The notes under the pieces are model-generated. The model worked only from the letters and a program-made list of their open reading frames with translations, was not told the DNA's origin and did not search any database. Shown one piece after another: positions 1 to 9,800 of a DNA stretch of 64,000 nt. This DNA comes from Bdellovibrio sp. (GTDB lineage Bacteria > Bdellovibrionota > Bdellovibrionia > Bdellovibrionales > Bdellovibrionaceae), in contig JAKFCY010000002.1 in assembly GCA_036676395.1 (NCBI GenBank), forward strand, positions 2,336,001 through 2,400,000, in the 5' to 3' direction. The translations under genes and the position numbers were made by a program. Within the stretch, counting starts at the first letter, position 1, and every line of letters begins with the position of its first letter.

Positions 1-280
1 TCATACGATCTTTGAATGTACCTGGCTCGCCTTCATCGGCGTTACAAAGTAAATATCTTGGTTCGTCGTTTTTCGGCAAGAATCCCCATTTCATTCCTGT
101 TGGGAAACCCGCGCCGCCACGACCGCGAAGACCAGAAGCTTTAACTTCATCGATGATCGCTTGCGGTTGCATTTTCAAAGCTTTCGCCAGTTGAACGTAA
201 CCACCATTTTTTTTGTAGCCTTCAAGGCCTTTGAATTCTGGTAAATGATAAAATTCTGTAAGGTATTTTACTTCACTCAT
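1..280 (-). CDS. nuoF: NADH-quinone oxidoreductase subunit F (N-terminal part; runs off the window edge)
   Basis: Not in the ORF track. Manual translation from ATG at 280 gives [10 protein letters not shown]...[17 protein letters not shown]...[17 protein letters not shown], the NuoF NADH/FMN-binding motifs. Lies directly downstream of nuoE. Confidence 0.96.
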   Translation of the reverse strand, partial: MSEVKYLTEFYHLPEFKGLEGYKKNGGYVQLAKALKMQPQAIIDEVKASGLRGRGGAGFPTGMKWGFLPKNDEPRYLLCNADEGEPGTFKDRM

Positions 281-289
281 CGTAATTCC

Positions 290-775
290 TTATTTCAAAC
301 CGCGAATGATATTCATCGCAGATTCATGAGTTAAATTTTCGTAATATTTAGCTGTATCGCCGCTAGTGATTTGCATCATCGGAGCTGTTCCGCATGAACC
401 TAAACATTCAACTTCAGTTACTGTGAATTTTCCGTCTTTTGTTTTTTCACCTAAGTGAGTTCCAAGCTGTGAACAGATGTGCTCAGACAATTCTTTTGCG
501 CCATTCAACATGCAAGATAATGTACGGCATACTTGGACGTGATGATTACCGATCGGCTCTTTGTTGTACATTGTATAGAATGTGCAAACTTCGTTGATGT
601 TGGCTTCTGGCAATTCCATTACGCGCGATAATTCTTTGATGACATCTTTTGAAATGTAACCTTTGTTTTCAGCTTGCGCGATATACAAAGCAGGTAAAAC
701 CGCAGATTGACGAGATTCGTATCTTTTCAATTCGGCTAAAACTTTTTCTTTTCCTTGAGGAGATAATTGAAACAT
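290..775 (-). CDS. nuoE: NADH-quinone oxidoreductase subunit E
   Basis: TFYTMY motif; 2Fe-2S cysteines CRTLSC...ECLGSC; nuo operon context. Confidence 0.96.
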   Translation of the reverse strand: MFQLSPQGKEKVLAELKRYESRQSAVLPALYIAQAENKGYISKDVIKELSRVMELPEANINEVCTFYTMYNKEPIGNHHVQVCRTLSCMLNGAKELSEHICSQLGTHLGEKTKDGKFTVTEVECLGSCGTAPMMQITSGDTAKYYENLTHESAMNIIRGLK

Positions 776-786
776 ATGTGCGGCTC

Positions 787-2475
787 CTATCTGTCTAACT
801 CGCCAGCGATTAAGTTCATTGATGCAACAGTTGCAATCGCATCTGCTAACATGGAACCCTTAACTACATCTGGGAATGATTGATAAATTGCAAAACATGG
901 TGGACGAACTTTTAAACGATACGGAGAAGCTGAACCATCAGAAACTAAGTAGAAACCTAATTCACCGTTGGCAGCTTCTGTTGCTGAATAAATTTCGCCA
1001 ACAGGAGGACGAAGACCTTTGATCACTAACATGAAGTGATTCATTAAACCTTCGATGTTTCCGTAAACATCTTTTTTCTCAGGAAGTACTACGCCTTTAT
1101 CGCGAACTGTCCAATCACCAGATGGAACATTTTTACAGGCTTGTCTGATGATGCGGATTGATTGGCGCATTTCTTCAATACGAACTAAGTAACGATCGTA
1201 AATATCGCCTTGTGTTCCAACCGGAACATCGAAATCATATTTTTCATAACCATAATAAGGTTGAGCGCGACGTAAATCTAAATTTACACCTGAAGCTCTA
1301 AGTAATGGGCCCGTGTAGCCCCACTCGATGGCATCCGCACCAGAAACTGCACACACATCCTGTGTACGTTTGATGAAAATTTTATTTCCTAATAACATTT
1401 TAGAAATTTCTTCTACACCATCAGACATCTCGTCGCAAAAACGAAGAACATCGTTAAACCAACCTTCAGGAGCATCGTAAGCCATACCACCAACACGAGT
1501 CATGGCAACAGTCAAACGAGCACCACAAAGTTTTTCAAACAATGTGTAAACTTTTTCACGGAAAGTAAATAAGTGGAAAAACGCTGTTAAGGCACCTAAG
1601 TCAACACCACCAGTACCAACCGCAATGATATGATCGATCACGCGAGATAACTCACATAAAATCACACGCATTGTTTCAGCACGCGCAGGGATTTCTAAGC
1701 CCATTAATTTTTCAACAGCCATGCAATAACCAATATTATTCATCGGAGCTGAACAGTAATTTAAACGATCAGTGTATGGAATAACCTGGTTGTACGGATG
1801 AGTTTCAGCCATTTTTTCGAAACATCTGTGAAGATACCCGATTTCAGGCATCGCACGAACGATCGTTTCACCATCTAATTCAACCATTACACGAAGGGTT
1901 CCATGCATTGCTGGATGTGAAGGTCCAATATTTAAAGGAACATATCTAGAATCTAATTGGTCACCACGTTGTTCAGGAGTGTTATCAAAATGAATTGGTA
2001 AAACTGAAGAACAATGTTGTTGTTTATCAGCTTCGTAATCTTTACGTAACGGATGCCCAACAAATTGATGATGAGTTAAAATTTTTCTTAAATTCGGGTG
2101 ACCCGAAAATTTAATACCGAACATGTCATAAGCTTCACGCTCAAACCAGTCAGCAGCTTTCCAGATTGTTGTAGCGGTAGCAACAGACTCGCCGTCGGCA
2201 ACTTGTGTTTTTACACGTAGACGACGTGAATCAGAAGATCCGAATAAGTGATATACAACATCAAAACGTTTTTCGCGGTTTGGATAATCAACACCGCAAA
2301 CATCCATTAAAAAATTGTAACCAGCGTATTCTTTTAAATATCTTAAAAGTGCAGTTACGGTTTCTTTAGATGCTTCAACAACGTGATCGCCAACTGGAGT
2401 TGTAGAAAATTTAAAAGCGTTATCGCCAAATTTTACCGAGATATCTTGTTTTAGAGTGGCCAATTGTTCAGACAT
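787..2475 (-). CDS. nuoCD: Fused NADH-quinone oxidoreductase subunit C/D
   Basis: NuoC motifs WFEREAYDMFG and GHPLRKDY followed by NuoD motifs NIGPSHPAMHGTLR, GYLHRCFEK and C-terminal GELDR. Confidence 0.96.
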   Translation of the reverse strand: MSEQLATLKQDISVKFGDNAFKFSTTPVGDHVVEASKETVTALLRYLKEYAGYNFLMDVCGVDYPNREKRFDVVYHLFGSSDSRRLRVKTQVADGESVATATTIWKAADWFEREAYDMFGIKFSGHPNLRKILTHHQFVGHPLRKDYEADKQQHCSSVLPIHFDNTPEQRGDQLDSRYVPLNIGPSHPAMHGTLRVMVELDGETIVRAMPEIGYLHRCFEKMAETHPYNQVIPYTDRLNYCSAPMNNIGYCMAVEKLMGLEIPARAETMRVILCELSRVIDHIIAVGTGGVDLGALTAFFHLFTFREKVYTLFEKLCGARLTVAMTRVGGMAYDAPEGWFNDVLRFCDEMSDGVEEISKMLLGNKIFIKRTQDVCAVSGADAIEWGYTGPLLRASGVNLDLRRAQPYYGYEKYDFDVPVGTQGDIYDRYLVRIEEMRQSIRIIRQACKNVPSGDWTVRDKGVVLPEKKDVYGNIEGLMNHFMLVIKGLRPPVGEIYSATEAANGELGFYLVSDGSASPYRLKVRPPCFAIYQSFPDVVKGSMLADAIATVASMNLIAGELDR

Positions 2476-2476
2476 C

Positions 2477-3070
2477 TTACACTCCCACCGGACGAGGCGT
2501 GATAACTCTTGTTGAAGTTAAAGAATCTGGAACAGTTTGCGCATTGATTTCGTAAGGAGAAACCCAGCCTTCTTTCCAAGGACGTGGCGTTCTGTCTTTA
2601 ATCATTTTTTGTAATGTCATCACGCCATCAAGAACTGCTTCTGGAGTTGGAGGGCAACCTGGAACATAGACATCAACTGGAATAACTTTATCACAACCTT
2701 GTAACACGTGATAGGCGCGGTAGAAACCACCAGAGCTTGCACAGGCTCCCATCGATAAAACGTATTTTGGTTCTAACATTTGTTGGTAAATACGAACTAA
2801 GATTGGTGCCATTTTTTCTGTGATCGTACCAGCGACAACAAGTAAGTCTGCTTGACGAGGAGAGAAACGAACAACTTCAGCACCGAAGCGGGCTAAGTCA
2901 TATTTCGGACCCATCACTGACATTAACTCGATACCACAACAAGCAGTTCCGTAAGGAAGTGGCCACAAAGCATTTCTTTGTCCCCATGCTGCGATCGCAT
3001 CAAGTCGCGTAGTTAACGCGAACGACTTTGACATATCTTCTAAAGATTTATCAGACACTGTATCCGACAT
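2477..3070 (-). CDS. nuoB: NADH-quinone oxidoreductase subunit B
   Basis: [22 protein letters not shown] and VPGCPP motifs; GAGGT Shine-Dalgarno upstream. Confidence 0.97.
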   Translation of the reverse strand: MSDTVSDKSLEDMSKSFALTTRLDAIAAWGQRNALWPLPYGTACCGIELMSVMGPKYDLARFGAEVVRFSPRQADLLVVAGTITEKMAPILVRIYQQMLEPKYVLSMGACASSGGFYRAYHVLQGCDKVIPVDVYVPGCPPTPEAVLDGVMTLQKMIKDRTPRPWKEGWVSPYEINAQTVPDSLTSTRVITPRPVGV

Positions 3071-3316
3071 ATGTACCTCTGATTCTGGCGTAGCCAGATC
3101 GTTATCATAATCATTTGGTTTTCAACGACTCATCATTACAAAAAACCTTAATGAAGACAACGACATATCGTGCTAATTGCGCAGTCATTTCGGGCAAATT
3201 TCGAGAGGTTTATTTTTCAGTTTTTTGCCCGTGACCTAGACTTTTGTCTCAGGTGAAAAGTCTCATTCTGAAAGTAGCAAATAGTCTCTGATAAAACTTT
3301 GTGCTAAAATCTAATA

Positions 3317-3964
3317 ATGTTTTCGCAAAAGCTTCGTATTTTAACTCTCATAGTGAGCGTGATGATTATCATTCTCACTGAGCCTGCTTTTGCTCGCAAA
3401 AAATTTAAAGGCTTTAGCTTTAAAGGAAAACCAACTGCTTATAAATCAAACAACAAAATTATGAGCGCCGGATTTTCACTTATTGGCGCGCAAGGCACAA
3501 TGGGAAACGGTTTAGTTGATGCTCCTGATCGCGATCTTTATTTTTACCCGGTGCAACTATTTGTCGGAGTGCGCATGGGTAAAATTCGTCTATCTGCAGT
3601 CGCTGAATATATGCAAGGTTCACAAATTACCGAAGCCGCCGAAGTGGCCAACACTAACGTTAGCGGAACAGGAGTTTCATTTGGGCCACGGCTTGATTAT
3701 TACGATGGCGTGCAAAGCTTTGGCATTTTCTATCGCGCCAGCGACACTTATCAATTAGAAAAACCTGACATCAATAACGATTCACAATCTTATAAAGCTA
3801 CTGCTGGCTATACGGCACAATACACGCGCAGGCTAAAAGGACGTTTAGGTTTTGTACTTGATTACACACAAGAAGAATTTAGTGAAAGCTTAGATAGCGG
3901 GCCTGTAAAATGGACCCGCACTGGATTTGGATTAATTTATTCTAATTTTGATCTGACTAAGTAG
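3317..3964 (+). CDS. Secreted protein, probable small outer-membrane beta-barrel
   Basis: Signal peptide ending ...EPAFA; alternating aromatic/Gly beta-strand pattern (e.g. WTRTGFGLIYSNF). Confidence 0.55.
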   Translation: MFSQKLRILTLIVSVMIIILTEPAFARKKFKGFSFKGKPTAYKSNNKIMSAGFSLIGAQGTMGNGLVDAPDRDLYFYPVQLFVGVRMGKIRLSAVAEYMQGSQITEAAEVANTNVSGTGVSFGPRLDYYDGVQSFGIFYRASDTYQLEKPDINNDSQSYKATAGYTAQYTRRLKGRLGFVLDYTQEEFSESLDSGPVKWTRTGFGLIYSNFDLTK

Positions 3965-4955
3965 CACCGTTTGGTTTGTAATTCACGATCACTTGCTCAT
4001 CCGCTGCAGGAATTGCAACACCATGAAATTTTAAAAGATAAATCGTGGTCGCCCCATTCACTTCAGTTTCTAATGTCCACCCGTTCGCCGCGTCTTCAAA
4101 AATTGCACGCCCACCAACAGTCACTTGGATCGTTGCTTTATTCGGTACATCTTTAAAACGATACGATGTTAATTGCGAAATAATGCGCGCTTTGATATTT
4201 GATACCGCCGAACTCAAATCAGCTGCGCAAATTGAGGACTTAACACCTTTAGAAGCATCGACTAATTTTAAAAATTGCGTGCCGATTGAAACGTGTCCAC
4301 CCAAGGCATCACAACTTTGATTTGTTAAAATCCCGATGTAATTTGCAATCCAACCGCGAGTGCCATCAGAAAAAAGCGGTTTTCTTGAGTTTAAATAACT
4401 TACAAAATCATCGTTATTCGGATTGCCGAACTCAGTGCTTTGATCAATTTCATCACTGATAAAGATCACTGAAAACAAGGCATCACTGCGAAGAAATTGG
4501 CTTGAATAATCTGTTGAGGTCACATATTTCATCGCATCCAGACTGCGCTCTAAATCTGAACCGGACTCTCCCACAATAATACGATCTGGCAATAAGTTGA
4601 TATTTGCCGAAGTTAAATATGCCGGAGTTCCCACAAGTTTTCTTGCAGAAGCATAATCTGAATTTTTAGCCATCGTCGAAGTCGTAACCCCGATGCGGTA
4701 ATCCATACCTAAACTATTTAACGTATTAACCATATCATGAACTTTTGCAGCCAAACGCTGTTGATACTGCAACATTGATTTTGAATTATCCACAACGAAT
4801 AACAAATCGACTTTGTTATTATAAAAAGTCTGCCCTGAAAACGATTCGTTTTGCTGTGGTAATGCAAAACTTGTTGCTGCATTCTTACAGCCAGTCGCAT
4901 TAACAACGGCAATAACCAAAGCTGACAATAATAGAACCATCGTGGTTTTTTTCAT
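3957..4955 (-). CDS. vWA-domain lipoprotein
   Basis: Start reassigned to MKKTTMVLLL (ATG at 4955); lipobox-like NATGC; MIDAS motif DLLFVVDNSKS; IFISDE motif. Confidence 0.75.
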   Translation of the reverse strand: MKKTTMVLLLSALVIAVVNATGCKNAATSFALPQQNESFSGQTFYNNKVDLLFVVDNSKSMLQYQQRLAAKVHDMVNTLNSLGMDYRIGVTTSTMAKNSDYASARKLVGTPAYLTSANINLLPDRIIVGESGSDLERSLDAMKYVTSTDYSSQFLRSDALFSVIFISDEIDQSTEFGNPNNDDFVSYLNSRKPLFSDGTRGWIANYIGILTNQSCDALGGHVSIGTQFLKLVDASKGVKSSICAADLSSAVSNIKARIISQLTSYRFKDVPNKATIQVTVGGRAIFEDAANGWTLETEVNGATTIYLLKFHGVAIPAADEQVIVNYKPNGAT

Positions 4956-4956
4956 C

Positions 4957-5727
4957 TTAAGCCGCCGCTTTCTTTCTGGTATAATTAGCAATATAAGTTT
5001 TTGCCGCCGCAGAGATTTTTAAAAACTGCACGCCATAGACATTGCCTTTGCAACTTACAATTTTGCAAATGGCATTAAAAGCTGGAACTTCAGAAGCTGG
5101 TTTGAAATGTAAATAAATTTGCTGGTCTTTTTCGAATTTTCCGTCTTCGATCATTAGCCCTGCGCCGCCTTCAGAAATTTCAACGCCCACTGATTTGTAA
5201 ACTTTGTGTTTATCATGAACGATTGCATGCGATTCAACTTTTGCACGTGCAAACTTACGCCTGAAAAACACTTTATCACCAGTATCTTTTTTCTTAGTGT
5301 GTTTTTCAAATAATAACCGAATTTCAGCAACTGAAAATTCTTCAACTTCAGCCAAGCGTTTCCAGGCAGTCATATTGTCGTGCCAGATAAAATCATATTC
5401 ATGCAAAGTTTTACTTTGTAACATTTGGATTAAATCTAATTTTGAAAATGGCCCGTAATTATTATTTTGCTTTAACACAAACCAAATTCTTTTTTTCGCA
5501 GGGTCTACATCAACCACATTTTTTACAACTGCAAGCGGAGTTTTAAAACTATTATTAAATAACATCGTGAATGGCGCATACTCCATTAACAAAACCCAGT
5601 CTTCAGCTTTATCGTCATAGATGTAATCATGCCAATTGATTTTTTGTGAGGTCAGCTTGACTTCAATTTCTTGAATAGTGAATGGTCCTTGCTGTTGACC
5701 TTGGCTAGCAATGTAGAAAGTAGACAT
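4957..5727 (-). CDS. Tandem GYF_2 (DUF4339) domains plus C-terminal PilZ domain (c-di-GMP receptor)
   Basis: Two GYF_2 repeats (QQGPFT...W; NYGPFS...IWHDNMTAWKR); PilZ motifs RRKFAR (RxxxR) and EISEGG; GAGGGA RBS before ATG 5727. Confidence 0.8.
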   Translation of the reverse strand: MSTFYIASQGQQQGPFTIQEIEVKLTSQKINWHDYIYDDKAEDWVLLMEYAPFTMLFNNSFKTPLAVVKNVVDVDPAKKRIWFVLKQNNNYGPFSKLDLIQMLQSKTLHEYDFIWHDNMTAWKRLAEVEEFSVAEIRLLFEKHTKKKDTGDKVFFRRKFARAKVESHAIVHDKHKVYKSVGVEISEGGAGLMIEDGKFEKDQQIYLHFKPASEVPAFNAICKIVSCKGNVYGVQFLKISAAAKTYIANYTRKKAAA

Positions 5728-5754
5728 AATCAATTCCCTCTTATTTCAAGACTC

Positions 5755-5782
5755 CTATCGGCCCTCAGGACTATCGTCTTAA
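5755..5782 (-). promoter_or_regulatory. Putative sigma28/FliA promoter
   Basis: Minus strand TTAA-N16-GCCGATAG, upstream of the GYF-PilZ gene. Confidence 0.6.
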
Positions 5783-5826
5783 ATGTTTTTGAAATTGATT
5801 ATTTTTTTTACAGCACTGTCAGCAGA

Positions 5827-6156
5827 TTAGTCGCTGGTCAGTTTTAAGCCTATGATAGAAACGAATAACAGCACCAAGAATAACAGCCGCATCGGTGACA
5901 CCGATTCTTGAAATAAGACAATACCCAGCACTGCCGTGCCTAAAGCGCCAACTCCCACCCACACGCCATAAGCAGTTCCGATCGGAAGAACGTGGCTTGC
6001 CCGCGCCAACAGATACATGCTGATCGCCAAAGTAATCACCGTGAAAAGACTTGGATAAAGTTTAGTGAAACCTTCGCTAAATTTAAGGCCGACGGCCCAG
6101 CAAATTTCGAATAAGCCTGCGATAATAAGAACAACCCACGCCATTGTGATAGACAT
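5827..6156 (-). CDS. sugE: SMR-family exporter (SugE/Gdx subtype)
   Basis: ~109 aa, four TM helices, AGLFEICWAVGLK with the conserved Glu, and LPIGTAYGVWVGVGA. Confidence 0.85.
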   Translation of the reverse strand: MSITMAWVVLIIAGLFEICWAVGLKFSEGFTKLYPSLFTVITLAISMYLLARASHVLPIGTAYGVWVGVGALGTAVLGIVLFQESVSPMRLLFLVLLFVSIIGLKLTSD

Positions 6157-6166
6157 AGGTTATCTA

Positions 6167-7192
6167 CTACTTTAAAGCTTCACGGATATAAGCAGAAGCT
6201 TGATCCATCGCCCAGACAACAATCGCGATAACCACGATGATTGTACCAACCTCTGGCCACATCGCTTGACCTTGATATTGTACTAGTAATGTACCAATAC
6301 CACCACCACCAACTAAGCCGATGATTGTTGCCATACGCACGTTGATATCCCAGCGATAAACTGTGAACGAAACGTAAGGTAAAACAACCTGCGGTACAAT
6401 CGCGTACCAAATAGTTTGAAGCTTATTCGCCCCGCAAGATTGAACGCCCTCGATTGGGCCTTCGCTCACAGTTTCAACCATTTCAGAATATTGTTTAGCT
6501 AATGAGGCAATTGAGTGAATCATTAAGGCTAGCATTCCTGCAAATGGCCCGATGCCCACCCAAACCGAAAAGATAATCGCCCACACTAAAGCTTCGATTG
6601 AACGCATAACATTAAATAATGTACGCATCGCTAAGTAGATCGAAAAGCCCACATTGCCCGTCATAACATTTTTTGCAGAAACAAAAGACAATACGAAAGC
6701 AAAAGGAATGGCTAAAGCTGTTGCTAAGAAAGCCATAAAAATGGTTTCAATAATGTTGATAATAGCTTTAGGAAGAATATCGAAATTCGGAGAACCAATG
6801 CCTTTGAATAAACGAATTGCCCCGTCAAAACCATCTTCATTTAATAACTCATTAATTGAAAACTTAGTCTTAATGATACTTACGATCATTAGACCCACTA
6901 ATAAAACAATTAAGTGCCAAGCCGAAAATGTTTTATACCAAGGAATACTAACAACAGACTTTTTATAAGGAGGCTGGAATAAAGCCTCTCCTAACGTTGT
7001 AATATTCATCATAGTTAAAACATGACTGACAAAAGTTCCGACAATGAAAGCAGCTCCGAATAAAGCTACATTTAATTTCATGTTTAAAGCTTGCTCGTCT
7101 GTTGGATTGAGAATCCAAACAGCTAACGAAGCGATTAAAAATGCGAAAGTAAAGCCATCTAAAATTGATCTGCGGATTACGTATGATTTCAT
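6167..7192 (-). CDS. phnE: Phosphonate/organophosphate ABC transporter permease
   Basis: Multi-TM; GIGPFAG and YRWDINVRMATIIGLVGGGGIG PhnE signature. Confidence 0.9.
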   Translation of the reverse strand: MKSYVIRRSILDGFTFAFLIASLAVWILNPTDEQALNMKLNVALFGAAFIVGTFVSHVLTMMNITTLGEALFQPPYKKSVVSIPWYKTFSAWHLIVLLVGLMIVSIIKTKFSINELLNEDGFDGAIRLFKGIGSPNFDILPKAIINIIETIFMAFLATALAIPFAFVLSFVSAKNVMTGNVGFSIYLAMRTLFNVMRSIEALVWAIIFSVWVGIGPFAGMLALMIHSIASLAKQYSEMVETVSEGPIEGVQSCGANKLQTIWYAIVPQVVLPYVSFTVYRWDINVRMATIIGLVGGGGIGTLLVQYQGQAMWPEVGTIIVVIAIVVWAMDQASAYIREALK

Positions 7193-7206
7193 CTGGTCTT
7201 CTCCTG

Positions 7207-7995
7207 TTAGCTGATGTGTACTTCTTTAGCGCCAGCGCCGTAGATTTTTTCAAACCAGGCTTCATCGATATTTTTTGGATCACCTTCGTAAACCAGTTCT
7301 CCACCTTTAAGAGCCACAACACGAGTTGCGTATTGGCGCACTAAAGACAAGAAATGAAGATTACATACGATTGTGATTCCTAATTCTTGGTTTACTTTTC
7401 TTAAGTAATCCATCACCACGTGACAAGTAGCCGGATCTAAAGAGGCCACTGGTTCGTCAGCTAATAGGATTTGAGGATTTTGTGTTAATGCTCTGGCAAT
7501 CGCAACACGTTGCTGTTGACCACCAGATAATTGATCGGCGCGGATATGCGCTTTATCAGCGATACCCACAAGCTTTAAATACTTCATCGCATCTGCTACA
7601 TCGGCGTCAGAAAACATGCCGAATAAGCTTTTAAGCGTCGAAGTTTTTGAAAGTTTACCCATCAAAACGTTGCTAAGAACCGAGTGACGCGGAATCAAAT
7701 TGAAATGCTGGAAGATCATTCCCACATTTTGGCGAAGCCATTTGATTTCAGCTGGTTTTTCAATTTTAGCTAAATCTTTTTCAGTATTGCCGTCATTGAA
7801 AACTATGTTTCCGCTGGTTGGTTCGTGCAAACGGTTAATACAACGAAGCATCGTTGATTTACCTGATCCTGAAAGACCAATCACAACTAAGAACTCACCC
7901 TTTTTAACATCGAAACTAACGCCTTTAAGCGCTTGCACTCCGTTAGGGTAAGTCTTTTTTAAGTTCTTAATACTTAAGATGGGTTTTACTGACAT
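7207..7995 (-). CDS. phnC: Phosphonate ABC transporter ATP-binding protein
   Basis: Walker A GLSGSGKS, LSGGQQQRVAIARAL, ADEPVASLDP. Confidence 0.92.
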   Translation of the reverse strand: MSVKPILSIKNLKKTYPNGVQALKGVSFDVKKGEFLVVIGLSGSGKSTMLRCINRLHEPTSGNIVFNDGNTEKDLAKIEKPAEIKWLRQNVGMIFQHFNLIPRHSVLSNVLMGKLSKTSTLKSLFGMFSDADVADAMKYLKLVGIADKAHIRADQLSGGQQQRVAIARALTQNPQILLADEPVASLDPATCHVVMDYLRKVNQELGITIVCNLHFLSLVRQYATRVVALKGGELVYEGDPKNIDEAWFEKIYGAGAKEVHIS

Positions 7996-8019
7996 AGTCG
8001 TCCTACTTATTTTCTTAAA

Positions 8020-8946
8020 CTATTTTTTCATTAAATCGTCTGGATTTACGCCGACTGTTTTTAACATATCACGAACACCATCGTAATCTGCATCAGTTGC
8101 TTTTTTCAACTCAGTCACACCATAGATCGCTTTAAATGCCGCTTTACCGTCTTCAGTAGAAACGAAAGCGATGAAAGCATCAACGATTTTATTTTTCATG
8201 TCTTCAGGCATATCTTTTCTGAAGATGATTGGATCGTTCGGGATGTGTTGAGATAAATCGATAATCGCAATTTTTTTCTCTACATCTGGGTATTGAGTTT
8301 TAACTAAACGACGAGCGTCTTCGATTTCTGCAGTACCAGAAGCGTTTGTAGAAGGCGGAGAGTAGAATGCAGCGCCGGCATCAACTTGACCTTGATAAAC
8401 CATAGAAATGACGTTGTCGTGCTTTTGCGCGAAAACTGTTTCTTTAGTTTCGATTTTTTTATCTTTTAAAGATTTAACAGGAAGAATGTAACCAGACGCT
8501 GAAGAAGGATCAACGAAAGCTACTTTTTTACCGGCAAGATCTTCTAATTTTTTGATTGGACCGTCTGCTTTAGCCACAAACATAGATTGGTAAGTCGAAG
8601 CACCGTGACGTAATACAGTGATTTTAGCTTCTGCACCGTATTTGTTGTTTGCTAAGATGTAACCGAAAGTGTTGATCGCAGAAACGTCAGCACGTTTAGT
8701 TCCGAAAGCTTCAACAACAGCAACGTATGATTGCGGGATTGTAACTTCGTATTTGTAAGGAGTATTTGCTTCTAAGTACTCTTTAAATTTTTTAGAGTTA
8801 TCTTCGATCACTTTAGCATCCACTGAAGGAACAAAGTGAAGTTTGATTGGGTTTTCTGCTGATCCAAGTTCAGCTTTGTTTTTTGTACAACCAACGATTG
8901 TTAAACCAACGATTGCAGTTACGATAACGCTTAAAAAGTTTTTCAT
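8020..8946 (-). CDS. phnD: Phosphate/phosphite/phosphonate ABC transporter substrate-binding lipoprotein
   Basis: Lipobox IVGC; AFVDPSSASGY and IPND motifs; first gene of phnDCE. Confidence 0.88.
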   Translation of the reverse strand: MKNFLSVIVTAIVGLTIVGCTKNKAELGSAENPIKLHFVPSVDAKVIEDNSKKFKEYLEANTPYKYEVTIPQSYVAVVEAFGTKRADVSAINTFGYILANNKYGAEAKITVLRHGASTYQSMFVAKADGPIKKLEDLAGKKVAFVDPSSASGYILPVKSLKDKKIETKETVFAQKHDNVISMVYQGQVDAGAAFYSPPSTNASGTAEIEDARRLVKTQYPDVEKKIAIIDLSQHIPNDPIIFRKDMPEDMKNKIVDAFIAFVSTEDGKAAFKAIYGVTELKKATDADYDGVRDMLKTVGVNPDDLMKK

Positions 8947-9053
8947 AAGTCTCCTGTTATTGCTTTTTTTAGGCTCGCAAACCGTACCAAAAAAAATTGG
9001 TGTTTGCCAACACTTACATTGCCTATTTAGGCATCCTTCGTTAGGTTAGTTTT

Positions 9054-9800
9054 ATGAATCAACCTCAAGCACCCGGCCTTAGACAGACTTTGAAGCAAAG
9101 TCTTAAATCAATCCTGACAATTGCTGCTGAAAAACCGCGCACCGTGTGTGTTTTTGACCTCGATTCAACATTATTCAATGTAAGCCCACGCACTCAACGC
9201 ATCCTGCACGAGTTTGCAGAGCTGCATAAACCCGAGCTTAAAAAAGTAGAGATTTTACACACTGACTGGGGACTGAAAGAATCTTTGGTTCGTGCGGGCT
9301 ATAAATTTGATGAAAACCCAGAACTGCACCAAACGCTGCGTGATTTTTGGGTCGATCGCTTTTTCACGAATGAATATTTACACTTTGATATTCCTTACCG
9401 TGGGGCTGTTCCGTATGTTCAACAGCTACATACAACAGGTTGCGAGATTCATTACCTTACTGGCCGCGACGTGGCTCGTATGGGCATTGGCACCATGGAA
9501 GTTCTGAAAAAATGGGGCTTTCCAGTTGATGAAAAAAATCTTCATTTAAAACCGCATCGTTCGATGGATGATCATCAATTTAAAGTCGACTGGGTGATTG
9601 AACGTTTTTCGTTAGAGCAATACCCGTCTGACACGGCTCCGATTTATTTTTTCGAAAACGAACCGGTGAATATCAATTTATTAGGTAAAGTCAGACCTGA
9701 TATTCATATTGTTCAGCTAGACACAACCCACTCGCGCCAAGAAGAAGTGAATGTGCCGGTATTAAAAGTTTCAAATTTTTACACTGAAGAGGAAAACTAA
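9054..9800 (+). CDS. HAD-superfamily hydrolase/phosphatase
   Basis: Motif I VFDLDSTL, motif II YLTGR, motif IV-like FFENEPVN. Confidence 0.75.
   Translation: MNQPQAPGLRQTLKQSLKSILTIAAEKPRTVCVFDLDSTLFNVSPRTQRILHEFAELHKPELKKVEILHTDWGLKESLVRAGYKFDENPELHQTLRDFWVDRFFTNEYLHFDIPYRGAVPYVQQLHTTGCEIHYLTGRDVARMGIGTMEVLKKWGFPVDEKNLHLKPHRSMDDHQFKVDWVIERFSLEQYPSDTAPIYFFENEPVNINLLGKVRPDIHIVQLDTTHSRQEEVNVPVLKVSNFYTEEEN

Noticed and set aside
12..194. 60-aa plus-strand ORF
   Set aside because: Antisense shadow of nuoF, which occupies 1..280 on the minus strand.
6157..6200. Guanidine riboswitch upstream of sugE
   Set aside because: Only 10 nt separate it from phnE, and no riboswitch motif was recognised.
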